From Deltaproteobacteria bacterium (GTDB lineage: Bacteria > Myxococcota_A > Polyangia > Fen-1088): a DNA stretch of 64,000 bases. The notes under the pieces were generated by a model. That model saw only the letters and a program-made list of their open reading frames with translations, searched no databases and was not told the origin of the DNA. Location: positions 96,001-160,000 of the forward strand of contig JANRKS010000024.1 of the NCBI GenBank assembly GCA_033763315.1, written 5' to 3'. The translations under genes were made by a program, and so were the position numbers. Below are positions 1 through 9,907 of the stretch, in pieces (the first letter of the stretch is position 1; each line of letters opens with the position of its first letter).

Positions 1-884
1 GAGGCGTGCACGATGTCATCAAGCGCGTCGGCCATTTCGCCCCCGCTTTGAAAGCGGTGATCTGGATTGCGCGCCAGCGCTTGCAGCACGATCGCGTCGA
101 GTTCAGGCGGGCATAAGGGGTTCTGCAGTGACGGCGGCGGCACTTCACACTGCCGCACTTTTTCCACCGTTTGCAGATCGTTTTCGCCCTTAAACAAGCG
201 ACGCCCGGTCAGGATCTCGTGCAACACAATGCCGGTGGCGAAGATATCGATGCGGCTATCGACATCGTTGCCGCGCGTCTGTTCGGGCGCCATGTAAGCG
301 AACTTGCCTTTGAGCGTGCCTTTTTGCGTGTTTTCGTCGCCGTTTTCGCCACCTAAGGCTTTGGCAATGCCGAAATCCAACAGCTTCACTGATCCCTCAA
401 ACGACAACATCACGTTCGAAGGCGAGACGTCACGATGGATCATGCCGATGGCTTTGCCATCATCGCCACGCAGGTGGTGAGCGTAGTCGAGCGCCCGGCA
501 CATCTCACGCCCGACGTAGGCCACAAGTTCGGGCCGCGGGGGGCCGACGCGGGCCCACAACGTCCGCATCGTTTCGGCCAAATCGCGCCCACGCACATAC
601 TCCATCGAGATGAAGTACTCGTTGTCGACCGAACCTAGCTCGAACACCTGCACGATGTTCGGGTGGTTGAGGCGAGCCGACATCTTGGCTTCCTCAATGA
701 ACATTTTGGTGAACGTCGGATCGTCCGAAAGGTGCGGCAGGATCCGCTTTACGACGAAAATGCGTTCGAAACCCGCGGGCCCTTGGACGCGTCCTTTGAA
801 CACGTCTGCCATCCCTCCGCGACCAATGCGCTCGAAGAGGGTGTATTTACCGAATTGAACCGGCTGAGGAAGGACCACGCCCAC
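1..884 (-). CDS. Eukaryotic-like Ser/Thr protein kinase (Pkn type), N-terminal part; runs off the window's left edge
   Basis: Not in the ORF track. Manual minus-strand translation from GTG 884: (M)GVVLPQPVQFGKYTLFERIGRGGMADVFKG...VVKRILPHLS...HPNIVQVFE...IHRDVSPSNVML...KLLDFGIAK...GKFAYMAPEQ. Confidence 0.95.
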   Translation of the reverse strand, partial: MGVVLPQPVQFGKYTLFERIGRGGMADVFKGRVQGPAGFERIFVVKRILPHLSDDPTFTKMFIEEAKMSARLNHPNIVQVFELGSVDNEYFISMEYVRGRDLAETMRTLWARVGPPRPELVAYVGREMCRALDYAHHLRGDDGKAIGMIHRDVSPSNVMLSFEGSVKLLDFGIAKALGGENGDENTQKGTLKGKFAYMAPEQTRGNDVDSRIDIFATGIVLHEILTGRRLFKGENDLQTVEKVRQCEVPPPSLQNPLCPPELDAIVLQALARNPDHRFQSGGEMADALDDIVHA

Positions 885-963
885 GGACTTTGATCTTAGC
901 CCAGAATGTCAGAAACCACCCAAAGACCCCCAAAATTAGGGACTTGGGCAGGGCGGAACCATA

Positions 964-1761
964 TCAGCGAAGATCCACGGAGCCCAGCGTTCCTGATTCC
1001 GCTTTTTGTCCTGACAAGGCGAACGCCACCACGACCCCGGTCAGCACGGCGCCGCCGAGTGCGGCCCACAACCACATGTGGTTGCTTCCCTCAGGGTCGC
1101 CTTCGTCTTTGTCAGGTGTTTCCGACCGGGCGGCGCGGTTGACTCGGGGTGGTGGTGAGCCACCTCGGTGCTTTGCGACGACCAGGGATACACCGTCGTC
1201 TTCGTCGGCTGAGTCCACAATGGGCCCATTGGCTTGCGGAACCGAAGCCACCGGGGTTGTGGGTTTAGCGGCGGCGGGCTTTTTGTCGAGCGGCTTGACC
1301 GGCGCCTTGGGCTCGGGCGCCGCGGCAGGGTCGAGGCTGCCATCAGCCAAAAGCGCAGGGCTTTTTTTTCCATCGGGTTCGTTTTGGGGCCCCACCTGAG
1401 CCTGAAGCTCATTGATTTGCTTTTGCACCTCGGCCTTGCGTGGGCTTTGCGGCTCGGCCTTCAGGTAATCCTTAAAGTGGCTGAGCGCCTGTTCCAGCTC
1501 GCCCAGCTTGCGGTAGCAAACGGCAATGTTGAGCAGGAAACCCGGGTTGCGCGTGAGCATGTAGCCGCCTTGGAATTCGGACACAGCCTCGCGGTATTCG
1601 CCCTTCTCAAATGCCTTGTTGCCGGCGGCAAAACGCGCCTTCGCTTCCTCCACGTCTTCCGCGGAGATCGCGGGCGCCTGAGCGTAAGCGATCGTTGCGG
1701 CGCTTGTAAGCGCCAAGACCACGCCCCCCCAGGACAACAGCCGGAGCCAACAAGCGACCAT
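964..1761 (-). CDS. Secreted TPR protein with Pro/Ala-rich linker and C-terminal membrane anchor
   Basis: C-terminal part of ORF 964..2412: signal peptide (AYA-Q), TPR helices (ARFAAGNKAFEKGEYREAVSEF; LLNIAVCYRKLG), TM WLWAALGGAVLTGVVVAFAL. The 5' extension overlaps thiD and is not taken as real. Confidence 0.85.
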   Translation of the reverse strand: MVACWLRLLSWGGVVLALTSAATIAYAQAPAISAEDVEEAKARFAAGNKAFEKGEYREAVSEFQGGYMLTRNPGFLLNIAVCYRKLGELEQALSHFKDYLKAEPQSPRKAEVQKQINELQAQVGPQNEPDGKKSPALLADGSLDPAAAPEPKAPVKPLDKKPAAAKPTTPVASVPQANGPIVDSADEDDGVSLVVAKHRGGSPPPRVNRAARSETPDKDEGDPEGSNHMWLWAALGGAVLTGVVVAFALSGQKAESGTLGSVDLR

Positions 1762-1821
1762 TCGGCTACAACAAACAACCTGGGAAGCCAATCGCAACAC
1801 CATGAAGTAAGAACACGGCGC

Positions 1822-2637
1822 GTGGATGATTTGGGCAAGTTTCACCTGGTGGCCATCGGCGGATTCGACCCGGGTGGCGGCGCCGGCATCCTGAGGGATG
1901 GTCTCACGGCGCGCGCTTTGGGTTGCACGTTTCGGCTGGTCGGTACCGCCTGGGCTGAGCAATCGCCTCTTCACGGGGTGCAATCCCTTGATCCGCGGCC
2001 CCGCCATGAGCTGGCCAAAGCCATCGGGCTGGCGCTCAAAGACGCCCCCCTCGGGCGGACGGCCGTTAAAATCGGCATGGTGATCAATGCGGCCACCGTC
2101 GGCACCATCGCCACATCGTTGTCGAGCTTTGGCGGGCCGGTGGTGTTTGATCCGGTTCTGGGCGCCACAGCGGGGGGGGCTTTGTTCGATAGCGAGGGCG
2201 TCTCGCTGATGGAGGCTTTGGCGCCGCTTGTAAAACGCAGCCACGTGTTTACGCCCAACGCCCAAGAAGCAGCCCTCATGTGCGACAGCACGGTGGAAGG
2301 CATCGAAGACGCCGCGGCAACGGCGCGCATGATTGCGTTTCACGGCGCGCGCGCCGTGGTGGTCAAGGGCGGACACCTGAACACCGAGAACGTGTGCGAC
2401 GTGCTTGTGCACGAAGGTGAGCTCACAGCGATTTCCTCGCCGCGGTCATCGGGACCAAACGTGCGGGGCACGGGCTGCACCTACGCTTCAAGCCTCGCGC
2501 TGTTTTTGGCGCGCGGTGAGGCGATAGGCAAGGCATGTGAACTTGCGCAAGCCCACGTCGCAGAAGCCATCCGGCTTGCGCGGCCCGCTGGCAACGAATG
2601 GCATTTGGGCCACGGCTTGCCCAACCAAACCTTGTGA
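1822..2637 (+). CDS. thiD: Hydroxymethylpyrimidine/phosphomethylpyrimidine kinase
   Basis: IGGFDPGGGAGILRD, AVKIGM, VFDPV, FTPNAQEA, VVKGGH, RGTGCTYAS motifs; start taken as GTG 1822. Confidence 0.9.
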   Translation: MDDLGKFHLVAIGGFDPGGGAGILRDGLTARALGCTFRLVGTAWAEQSPLHGVQSLDPRPRHELAKAIGLALKDAPLGRTAVKIGMVINAATVGTIATSLSSFGGPVVFDPVLGATAGGALFDSEGVSLMEALAPLVKRSHVFTPNAQEAALMCDSTVEGIEDAAATARMIAFHGARAVVVKGGHLNTENVCDVLVHEGELTAISSPRSSGPNVRGTGCTYASSLALFLARGEAIGKACELAQAHVAEAIRLARPAGNEWHLGHGLPNQTL

Positions 2638-2644
2638 GTGTGCT

Positions 2645-3226
2645 CTAGCGCGCGGGTACGAATTCAAGTTGCACGAGCGGCGTGCGCCTCACAGGCACCA
2701 ATGAAACGTGACGCGCGGGATCCGAGCTGCGCATGTAGTAGTGGCCGGCGTCCTTATCGCTGCACCACAAACCCGGGCTGTCGCCCAACTTGCGAAAGCC
2801 GACCCACAACGTCGCTTGGCCTTTGAGCGGCGCCTCGCCCAGCTCTTCGGTCATCCAACGCCCCGAGGTGGCCGGTCCCGACGCTGCCAGTGAAACCTCG
2901 CGCCGGGTTTCCCACAACGGTTTGCCGGGGCCATCCAAGCCTGAGGATTCATAGAACGTAATTTGAAAGAGGCCCGGGCTGGCGGGTCGGTACCACAGCC
3001 GCGACGGGGGCAAGCTGTGCTCGGGAACGTCGAAGCGGATAAGCGCTTCGTACGCCATATCCGGGAAGGCCAAGACACTTTGGGGTTGGCCGTCGCCATA
3101 GGAAAGCAGCGTGCGCGGCCCCCCTTGAGAAGCGGTGCTTGGCCCCGCACAAGCGCCAAGACCCATCAACACCACGGCCACCACACAGCGACCAAGGTCG
3201 CGACCGCCCCGCACAACAGTTTTCAT
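2645..3226 (-). CDS. Hypothetical lipoprotein
   Basis: MKTVVRGG...VVAVVLMGLGAC lipobox; -10-like TATCAT 6 nt upstream of ATG. Confidence 0.75.
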   Translation of the reverse strand: MKTVVRGGRDLGRCVVAVVLMGLGACAGPSTASQGGPRTLLSYGDGQPQSVLAFPDMAYEALIRFDVPEHSLPPSRLWYRPASPGLFQITFYESSGLDGPGKPLWETRREVSLAASGPATSGRWMTEELGEAPLKGQATLWVGFRKLGDSPGLWCSDKDAGHYYMRSSDPARHVSLVPVRRTPLVQLEFVPAR

Positions 3227-3316
3227 TGCGCCATGATACTCGGCGGGCGCGCCCTTTTGTTGAAGGCGATGTGTGGCCATTTTCGTTGTCGCCCCGAAGC
3301 GGTTAGCATGGTGGTT

Positions 3317-4357
3317 ATGGCCGCAGCAGCAGTGAACAACGATGTGGGGATGGCCGTCGTGGGCGCAGCGGGTTGGGGCAAAAACGTGGTCCGCACCTTC
3401 TCGATCGCGCGTGGCTGCGATTTGAAATGGGTGTGCGACCTAAATCCTCAACTGCTTAAGGCCACGGCCGAGCGGCACCCGGGCGTGCGCGTGACCACGT
3501 CGTTTGATGAGGCGCTCGCGGACCCCCAAGTCAAAGCGGTGGCGGTGGCCGTGGATGTGCCGAACCATCACCGGCTGGCCGAACGTGCCTTGTTGTCAGG
3601 CCGGCACGTCTACGTTGAAAAACCCTTAACGCTCACGAGCAGCGATGCGCTTTCACTTTGCACCTTGGCGCGCGAACGAAAGCTCACCCTCATGGTGGGC
3701 CACTTGCTGCTTTACCATCCCGCGGTTGTGCTGGCGAAGCAACGCATTGATGCCGGCGAGCTCGGCGACGTTCATTACCTTTACAGCCAGCGGGTAAACT
3801 TGGGCATCGTGCGCGAAAGTGAAAACGCGTGGTGGTCGCTGGCGCCGCACGATGTGGCCGTGGCGATGTATCTGCTGGGTGGTGTGCCGGTGGCGGTGTC
3901 TGCCACGGGCGCGGTATTTTTGCAGCGCGAACGCCAGGTGGAAGACATTGCGTTCGCTTCGCTGCGTTTCGCGGGTGGCAAGAGCGCACACATTCATGTG
4001 TCGTGGTTGGATCCGCACAAACGCCGCAGCCTCACGGTCGTTGGCTCAAAACGCATGTTGACGTTCGATGACACCGCGCCCGACGAGCGCGTGAAGATCT
4101 ACGACAAAGGCGCCATCCCCACGCCAGGCCACACAACCTATGCCGAAGGCGTAGCGGTGCGTTCCGGCGATGTGGTGTCTCCCGCGGTGCCGAACAAAGA
4201 ACCTCTGTTGGAAGAGTGCGAGCACTTCATTGAATGCGTTCAAACGGGCCGCACGCCACGCAGTGATGGTGAGCAAGGCCTCGCTGTGGTGCGCGTGTTG
4301 GAGGCAGGCCAAGCTTCCATTGCTATGGGCGGCACGCCAGTGGAGATCCCCTCATGA
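3317..4357 (+). CDS. Gfo/Idh/MocA oxidoreductase (WbpB/WlbA-like nucleotide-sugar dehydrogenase)
   Basis: [10 protein letters not shown] Rossmann motif, [18 protein letters not shown]; overlaps the downstream acetyltransferase by 4 nt. Confidence 0.88.
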   Translation: MAAAAVNNDVGMAVVGAAGWGKNVVRTFSIARGCDLKWVCDLNPQLLKATAERHPGVRVTTSFDEALADPQVKAVAVAVDVPNHHRLAERALLSGRHVYVEKPLTLTSSDALSLCTLARERKLTLMVGHLLLYHPAVVLAKQRIDAGELGDVHYLYSQRVNLGIVRESENAWWSLAPHDVAVAMYLLGGVPVAVSATGAVFLQRERQVEDIAFASLRFAGGKSAHIHVSWLDPHKRRSLTVVGSKRMLTFDDTAPDERVKIYDKGAIPTPGHTTYAEGVAVRSGDVVSPAVPNKEPLLEECEHFIECVQTGRTPRSDGEQGLAVVRVLEAGQASIAMGGTPVEIPS

Positions 4358-4950
4358 GCCAGTCCTCACGCGCGCCCGCTTGGGCCCACGCCACAGCGAT
4401 CGTTGATGACGGCGCCATCCTAGGCGCAGGCACAAAAATCTGGCACTTCTGCCACGTGATGGGTGGCGCGCGCGTGGGCGCGGGGGTGTCGCTGGGACAA
4501 AATGTTTATGTTGCCGCGACAGTGGTGATCGGCGACGGCTGCAAGATTCAAAACAACGTGTCGCTGTATGACGGTGTGATTTTAGAAGATGATGTTTTTG
4601 TGGGCCCATCCGCAGTGTTCACCAACGTCGTGAATCCACGTGCGTTCGTGGTGAGGCGCCATGAGTATCGCCCCACGATCGTTGGCAAGGGCGCAAGCAT
4701 CGGCGCCAATGCAACGCTTGTGTGCGGTCACAACGTGGGCGAATACGCATTCGTGGCAGCCGGCGCCGTGGTCACCAAGCACGTGCCCGCGTTTGCGCTT
4801 GTGGCTGGCGTGCCCGCCAAGTTCATCGGCTGGGTGTGCCGCTGTGGCGAGCGGCTGCCGCAGCAGGCCCCCATCGTCTGTGGCAGTTGCGAAACGCGAT
4901 ACGAATTGCAAAGCACGGGGACGGACCCCGTTTTGCATCTCGCCGTTTAA
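4354..4950 (+). CDS. wbpD: Hexapeptide-repeat N-acetyltransferase (WbpD/WlbB family)
   Basis: [51 protein letters not shown] plus C-terminal CxxC. Confidence 0.88.
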   Translation: MSQSSRAPAWAHATAIVDDGAILGAGTKIWHFCHVMGGARVGAGVSLGQNVYVAATVVIGDGCKIQNNVSLYDGVILEDDVFVGPSAVFTNVVNPRAFVVRRHEYRPTIVGKGASIGANATLVCGHNVGEYAFVAAGAVVTKHVPAFALVAGVPAKFIGWVCRCGERLPQQAPIVCGSCETRYELQSTGTDPVLHLAV

Positions 4951-7181
4951 GCTTCGCGCGGCTGGTCGTTCGCTTGCCGCAAACGTTCGGCCAAGCGCGT
5001 GTTCCGCACAGCCGCGCGATCATTTCGCACAGCCATGGACAAAGCTTTGCGCATCCCCACCAACACCACCAGCTTCTTGCCGCGCGTGACCGCTGTGTAA
5101 AGCAGGTTCCGCTGCAGCATCACGAAGTGTTGCGTGTGCACAGGAACCACCACGGCAGGGTATTCAGATCCTTGTGATTTATGAACCGTGGCGGCGTAGG
5201 CCAACGTCAGTTCATCCAAGTCGTCCGTTTCGTAGGGCACCTGACGCCCTTCGAATGACACCATCATCTCATCCTCAACGATGCCCACCACATGGCCGAT
5301 GTCGCCATTGAATACGTCTTTGTCGTAATCGTTGCGGATCTGCATCACCCGATCGCCCACGCGGAACACGCGCTCGCCCTTGCTCATCTGCGCAGCGCCT
5401 GTGGTCAACGCCTCTTGCAACAAATGGTTGATGTGCGCGGCGCCGAGATCGCCTCGATGCATCGGCACCAACACTTGGATCTGCGCTGGCGAAAACCCAT
5501 ATTTTTTAGGCAACCGCGCCACCACCAAATCCCGCACGATTTGGGCCGCGCGAGCCGCGTCGTTCTCTTCAAGGAAGAAGAAATCGCGTTCGTCCGTGGC
5601 ACCCGCCGCGCCAAACTCCGGCATCTCACCGGCATTGATGCGGTGGGCGTTCGTCACAATCAAGCTGCGTGCGGCTTGGCGGAAGATTTCCGTTAACCGC
5701 ACCGTCGGCACCACACCTGACTTGATGATGTCGCCCAACACCGATCCAGGGCCCACGCTAGGCAATTGATCCACATCGCCCACCAGAACCAAACGCGTGC
5801 CCTTCGCCACCGCAGCCAAAAGATCGGCCGCCAAACGCACGTCCAACATCGACGCCTCATCAACCACCAGCAGATCGGCTTGCACGGGGTTATCACCATT
5901 GCGTGCGAAGGCGCCCTCCACAGGCCGCCACTCAAGCAAGCGATGCAACGTTAACGCAGGTAAACCGGTGGCTTCCGACAACCGCTTGGCCGCGCGACCC
6001 GTGGGCGCCGCCAGCGCCACTTCCAAACCGGCGGCGCGGCTCAGTTGAACAACGCCTTTGACGATGGTGGTTTTGCCCACGCCGGGGCCGCCCGTGATCA
6101 CCACAACCTTATCGGTGATGGAACGCATGATGCCGTTCTTTTGGGCCGCCGCCAGCACCAAGCCCGCGACGCTTTCGTACCGAGCCACGGCAGCCGCGGC
6201 GTCACCTTTGATGCGCACGCGAGGCGGCGCGTCCTGCAACGCCACCAACGCATCCGCCACCGCACGTTCAGCCCGATAAAGCCCCGTGTCGTAGACGATC
6301 TCACCAAGTTCGGCGACTTCCTCCACGGCCACCGCCCCTTGCTGACCCAGACGATCCACGGCGGGCCTCACCAGCACCTCATCCACTTGCAGGCGCTGCG
6401 CCGCCAGCCGCTCTAGATCAATGCGCGGCAAAAACACGTGCCCGCCTGAGCCGCCTTCGTCCAACACGTGTCGCAGACCGGCTTCGATGCGCACCTGCGA
6501 ATCGCGTGCAATTCCCAAGCTGACAGCCAATCGATCGGCCGACAGAAAGCCGATGCCCCACACATCGAAGGCCAACCTGTAGGGGTTCTCACGCACGCGT
6601 GCCACGGCCGCCGCGCCATAACGTTTGAAGATGCGCGCCGCGAACGCGGGAGACACGCCATGGCCTTGCAAGAACACCATCACGTCGCGCACGCCCTTTT
6701 GCTCAAGCCACGCCTTGCGGAAGGCTTCGGCGCGGCTTTTCCCAATGCCTTGCACTTCACCGATGCGGTAGGGCTCTCGGTCCAAGATCTCCAACGTTTG
6801 CATGCCGAATTTATCGACAATGCGCGACGCCATCTCTTTGCCGATGCCTTTGACCAAACCCGAACCTAAATAGCGGCGGATGCCTTCTAGGGTTTCGGGC
6901 GCAAGCTCGGTGAACCCTGCCACCTTGAGCTGTTTGCCAAAGCGGGCGTTTTCTTCATAGTGCCCGCGCACCCGCAAACGCGTGCCTTCAGGCAAGCCGG
7001 GCAACGCACCCACAATTGTGCAAAGTTCGGTGGCGCCCTCTATACGCAGACGTGCCACCGAAAAGGTGCCGTCTTTACCGGCATAGACCACGCGTTCAAG
7101 CGTGCCTTCGAGAACCGTTTCGGGCGTTGCCTCGGCCCCGGCAGAACGAGGCTTTCCAGCCGCGCGGTCAAACAGATCCAT
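4947..7181 (-). CDS. recD2: ATP-dependent RecD-like DNA helicase
   Basis: N-terminal OB/HhH ([11 protein letters not shown]), [54 protein letters not shown]. Confidence 0.95.
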   Translation of the reverse strand: MDLFDRAAGKPRSAGAEATPETVLEGTLERVVYAGKDGTFSVARLRIEGATELCTIVGALPGLPEGTRLRVRGHYEENARFGKQLKVAGFTELAPETLEGIRRYLGSGLVKGIGKEMASRIVDKFGMQTLEILDREPYRIGEVQGIGKSRAEAFRKAWLEQKGVRDVMVFLQGHGVSPAFAARIFKRYGAAAVARVRENPYRLAFDVWGIGFLSADRLAVSLGIARDSQVRIEAGLRHVLDEGGSGGHVFLPRIDLERLAAQRLQVDEVLVRPAVDRLGQQGAVAVEEVAELGEIVYDTGLYRAERAVADALVALQDAPPRVRIKGDAAAAVARYESVAGLVLAAAQKNGIMRSITDKVVVITGGPGVGKTTIVKGVVQLSRAAGLEVALAAPTGRAAKRLSEATGLPALTLHRLLEWRPVEGAFARNGDNPVQADLLVVDEASMLDVRLAADLLAAVAKGTRLVLVGDVDQLPSVGPGSVLGDIIKSGVVPTVRLTEIFRQAARSLIVTNAHRINAGEMPEFGAAGATDERDFFFLEENDAARAAQIVRDLVVARLPKKYGFSPAQIQVLVPMHRGDLGAAHINHLLQEALTTGAAQMSKGERVFRVGDRVMQIRNDYDKDVFNGDIGHVVGIVEDEMMVSFEGRQVPYETDDLDELTLAYAATVHKSQGSEYPAVVVPVHTQHFVMLQRNLLYTAVTRGKKLVVLVGMRKALSMAVRNDRAAVRNTRLAERLRQANDQPREA

Positions 7182-7199
7182 GACAACGGCTAGCGTTGG

Positions 7200-7544
7200 T
7201 CACGCCTGTTGTGGAGGCGCTTCGTCGTCATCATCGTCATCGTCGTCATCAGGTGACAGTTCGCCGCGGCCTTCGTTCACGCGCTCGCGGAGCTCCTTGC
7301 CCACCCTGAAAAACGCCATGCGTTTCGGCTTCACGTGAACCGTCTCGCCCGTACGTGGGTTGCGCCCCTCGTAGGCCTTGTATTCACGAATCGTGAAACT
7401 GCCGAAGCCGCGGATCTCAATTCCATCACCGCGCTTGAGCGCGTTCACCATGCCATCGAAGATTTGATCGACGATGAGCTCGGCACGGCCCGCGGGCAGT
7501 TTCAGCTGATCGGCGATCGCCACGATGAGGTCAGCTTTGGTCAT
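7200..7544 (-). CDS. ihfB: Integration host factor beta / HU family protein with acidic C-terminal tail
   Basis: MTKADL...IEIRGFGSF...GRNPRTGE...GKELRERVN followed by PDDDDDDDDE. Confidence 0.9.
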   Translation of the reverse strand: MTKADLIVAIADQLKLPAGRAELIVDQIFDGMVNALKRGDGIEIRGFGSFTIREYKAYEGRNPRTGETVHVKPKRMAFFRVGKELRERVNEGRGELSPDDDDDDDDDEAPPQQA

Positions 7545-7559
7545 GACGAAGATGACAAG

Positions 7560-7588
7560 ACTCTAACCAAATCTGCGACGAAGCGCAA
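7560..7588 (-). promoter_or_regulatory. Putative sigma70-type promoter of ihfB-recD2
   Basis: Minus strand TTGCGC-17 nt-TAGAGT, ending 15 nt before the ATG. Confidence 0.5.
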
Positions 7589-7678
7589 AGTGGCAAAAAT
7601 TAACAGGAAATTGCCACCCATGGCGCCGGACGTTAACCAGGCGCCAGCAGACCTGGGCTAACCATTGGCCCAGGTGGC

Positions 7679-8566
7679 CTAAGACGCTGGCCGGGCGGGC
7701 AGTGGCGCAGTGGCGTCCGTGCGGTAGCGATAGCTGCGGAAGAACGCGTACTCATCGCAGTTGTGGCGGGCGTAAAAGTCCATCACATCCTTCCAATCGA
7801 ACTCGTTGCGCTCAACGCCGTCGCGGATTTCGCGCCACGAGAACGTTTGGGGACACAGCTCGCCCGCGATGGGCACATGCCCCTTGGCTGTCCGGATATC
7901 GTAAAGCACCAAAGTTGGCGGCAACCGCGAAACGTAAGTGGCCGAAAGCGGGCCGAGCTCCATGACTTCAACGCTCAACAGGTCCACACTGTTGGCGTCG
8001 CGGAATAGGCATTCGGTACGTGCCAGCGTTTGTTTCGGGCCGATCACGATCGCGTTGTGAGGGATGTCGCCTTTGTTCTGGCACTTCTGGTTCTTCGGAA
8101 CCTGGGTCACCACGCGGTAGGCAAGAAATGAGTCTGAGCGGTTTTCGATCGTCAGCACCAAATGATCGGCGCGAAACGTCTGCCCATCGATCAGCGCTTG
8201 GCGTTTCTCGACCGCCAGCTGAATCTTAAGGTGGCGCGTGTCCACTGGTTTGCCCACCTTCAAGGGGCGGCGGCCGCGGATCTCATCGTAGTAGGGAATG
8301 GGTGCCTGAAGTTCTGCGATCGATGGCGCCCCAACCTCGAATTTCTTGGCGTCTTGTTCGATCAGCGCCTGGTAAATCGGCTGCGAAAATTTGAGCTCCG
8401 GCATCATTTGGTGCACGGGCGGCGGCGGCTGGGGCAAGGGCGGGGCCGGCGGAGGCGAGACATCGTAAAGGGCGATCACGCCGCCAAAGATCACGACGGC
8501 GGACACGCCCACGCAGGCAAGCAGCAAAGGCTTACCTTCCACTGAGGCCTCCGGCCAAGGCAGCAC
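7679..8566 (-). CDS. Hypothetical membrane-anchored periplasmic protein
   Basis: N-terminal TM, Pro-rich linker, globular domain with 4 Cys; starts 3 nt after the serS stop. Confidence 0.8.
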   Translation of the reverse strand: MLPWPEASVEGKPLLLACVGVSAVVIFGGVIALYDVSPPPAPPLPQPPPPVHQMMPELKFSQPIYQALIEQDAKKFEVGAPSIAELQAPIPYYDEIRGRRPLKVGKPVDTRHLKIQLAVEKRQALIDGQTFRADHLVLTIENRSDSFLAYRVVTQVPKNQKCQNKGDIPHNAIVIGPKQTLARTECLFRDANSVDLLSVEVMELGPLSATYVSRLPPTLVLYDIRTAKGHVPIAGELCPQTFSWREIRDGVERNEFDWKDVMDFYARHNCDEYAFFRSYRYRTDATAPLPARPAS

Positions 8567-8569
8567 CCG

Positions 8570-9835
8570 TCATCCAATCACCTCAGCGCCGCCCATGTAA
8601 GGCCGCAGCGCCTTGGGAACGTCGATCTTCCCGTCGGCACGTTGATAGGTTTCGAGCACGGCGATCAGCACCCGCGGCAGGGCCAAACCTGAGCCATTGA
8701 GTGTGTGAACGAACTGTGGCTTGTCTTTGCCGTCACGAAAGCGAATGCGCGCACGGCGAGCCTGGAACTCGCCGAAGTTTGAGCAGGAGCTCACTTCAAG
8801 CCATTCCTCGCACCCGGGCGCCCACACTTCGAGGTCAAACTTCACCATGGCCGAAAAAGAAAGATCGCCAGCGCACATTTCAATCACCCTGTAGGGCAAT
8901 TCAAGCGCGCTTAGAACGTCCTCGGCGTCTGCGAGCAAAGCCTTGAGCTCGTCCATCGACGTCTCTGGGCGCACAAACTTTACCAATTCAACTTTATCGA
9001 ACTGGTGGCCGCGCTTGATGCCGCGCGTGTCGCGGCCTGCGGCCATTTGCTCGCGCCGAAAGCACGGCGAATAGGCCACGTGCTTGATGGGCAACGTGGC
9101 GCCATCCAAGATCTCGTCGCGGTAAAGGTTGGTGACGGGCACTTCGGCTGTGGGCACCCACCAAAAGTCTTCGCTGATGTCGCGGTAAAGGTTATCGCCA
9201 AACTTCGGCAAATTGCCCGTGCCAACCAGGCACTCGCGCCGAACCATCGCGGGCGGCAAGATCTCGGTGTAGCCGTGCTTCTCTGTATGCAGATCCAGCA
9301 TGAACGCGATGAGCGCTCGTTGCAGGCGTGCCCCTTGACCTTTGAGAATATAAAAGCGCGAGCCTGAGATCTTCACGCCCCGATCAAAGTCCAAGATGTT
9401 GAGCCTGGGACCCAGATCCCAGTGCACTTGCGGCTTGAACTCGAAGCTGCGTTTGCTGCCTGTTTCACGCAACACGCGGTTCTCAGAATCGTCTTTGCCA
9501 TCGGGCACAGACGGATGCGGCAGGTTCGGCACCTCCAGCAATTTCGCGTCGAGCGCCGCCTCGGCTTGCGCGAGCTCGTCCGATAGGGCCTCAAAGCGGG
9601 CTTTGAGCGCGGCGCCTTTGTCCAGGGCCACTTGCCGCGCTTCGGGGTTCGGTGCTTTGCCGATCTCTTTGGACAGGCGGTTTTGTTCGGCCTTGATGTT
9701 TTCAGACTCGGTCTTTAACCGCCGCACGTTCTCGTCGGACGCCAAGAGCCCATCAAGGTCAATGTCTGCACCCACGCGGCGCAGGCCGGCCCGCACTTCG
9801 TCGGGCTGTTCACGCATAAGCCGGATATCAATCAT
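8570..9835 (-). CDS. serS: Serine--tRNA ligase
   Basis: PTAEVP, PCFRRE, GIKRGHQFDKVE, EVSSCSN, HTLNGSGLA motifs. Confidence 0.98.
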   Translation of the reverse strand: MIDIRLMREQPDEVRAGLRRVGADIDLDGLLASDENVRRLKTESENIKAEQNRLSKEIGKAPNPEARQVALDKGAALKARFEALSDELAQAEAALDAKLLEVPNLPHPSVPDGKDDSENRVLRETGSKRSFEFKPQVHWDLGPRLNILDFDRGVKISGSRFYILKGQGARLQRALIAFMLDLHTEKHGYTEILPPAMVRRECLVGTGNLPKFGDNLYRDISEDFWWVPTAEVPVTNLYRDEILDGATLPIKHVAYSPCFRREQMAAGRDTRGIKRGHQFDKVELVKFVRPETSMDELKALLADAEDVLSALELPYRVIEMCAGDLSFSAMVKFDLEVWAPGCEEWLEVSSCSNFGEFQARRARIRFRDGKDKPQFVHTLNGSGLALPRVLIAVLETYQRADGKIDVPKALRPYMGGAEVIG

Positions 9836-9907
9836 GTTTGCCCGCAGTGTACGACACCCGCCGGGGCGAGGAAAAACATTGCATCCGCAAGCCCGCGATT
9901 GCGGCCC

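Noticed and set aside
964-2637. Apparent 1.2-kb overlap between the TPR ORF and the thiD ORF
   Set aside because: Artefact of longest-ORF start calling; the plausible starts (1761 and 1822) are divergent and do not overlap. The same applies to the 5' extensions of pgk, hisF, hisB, sahR and the oxidoreductase.
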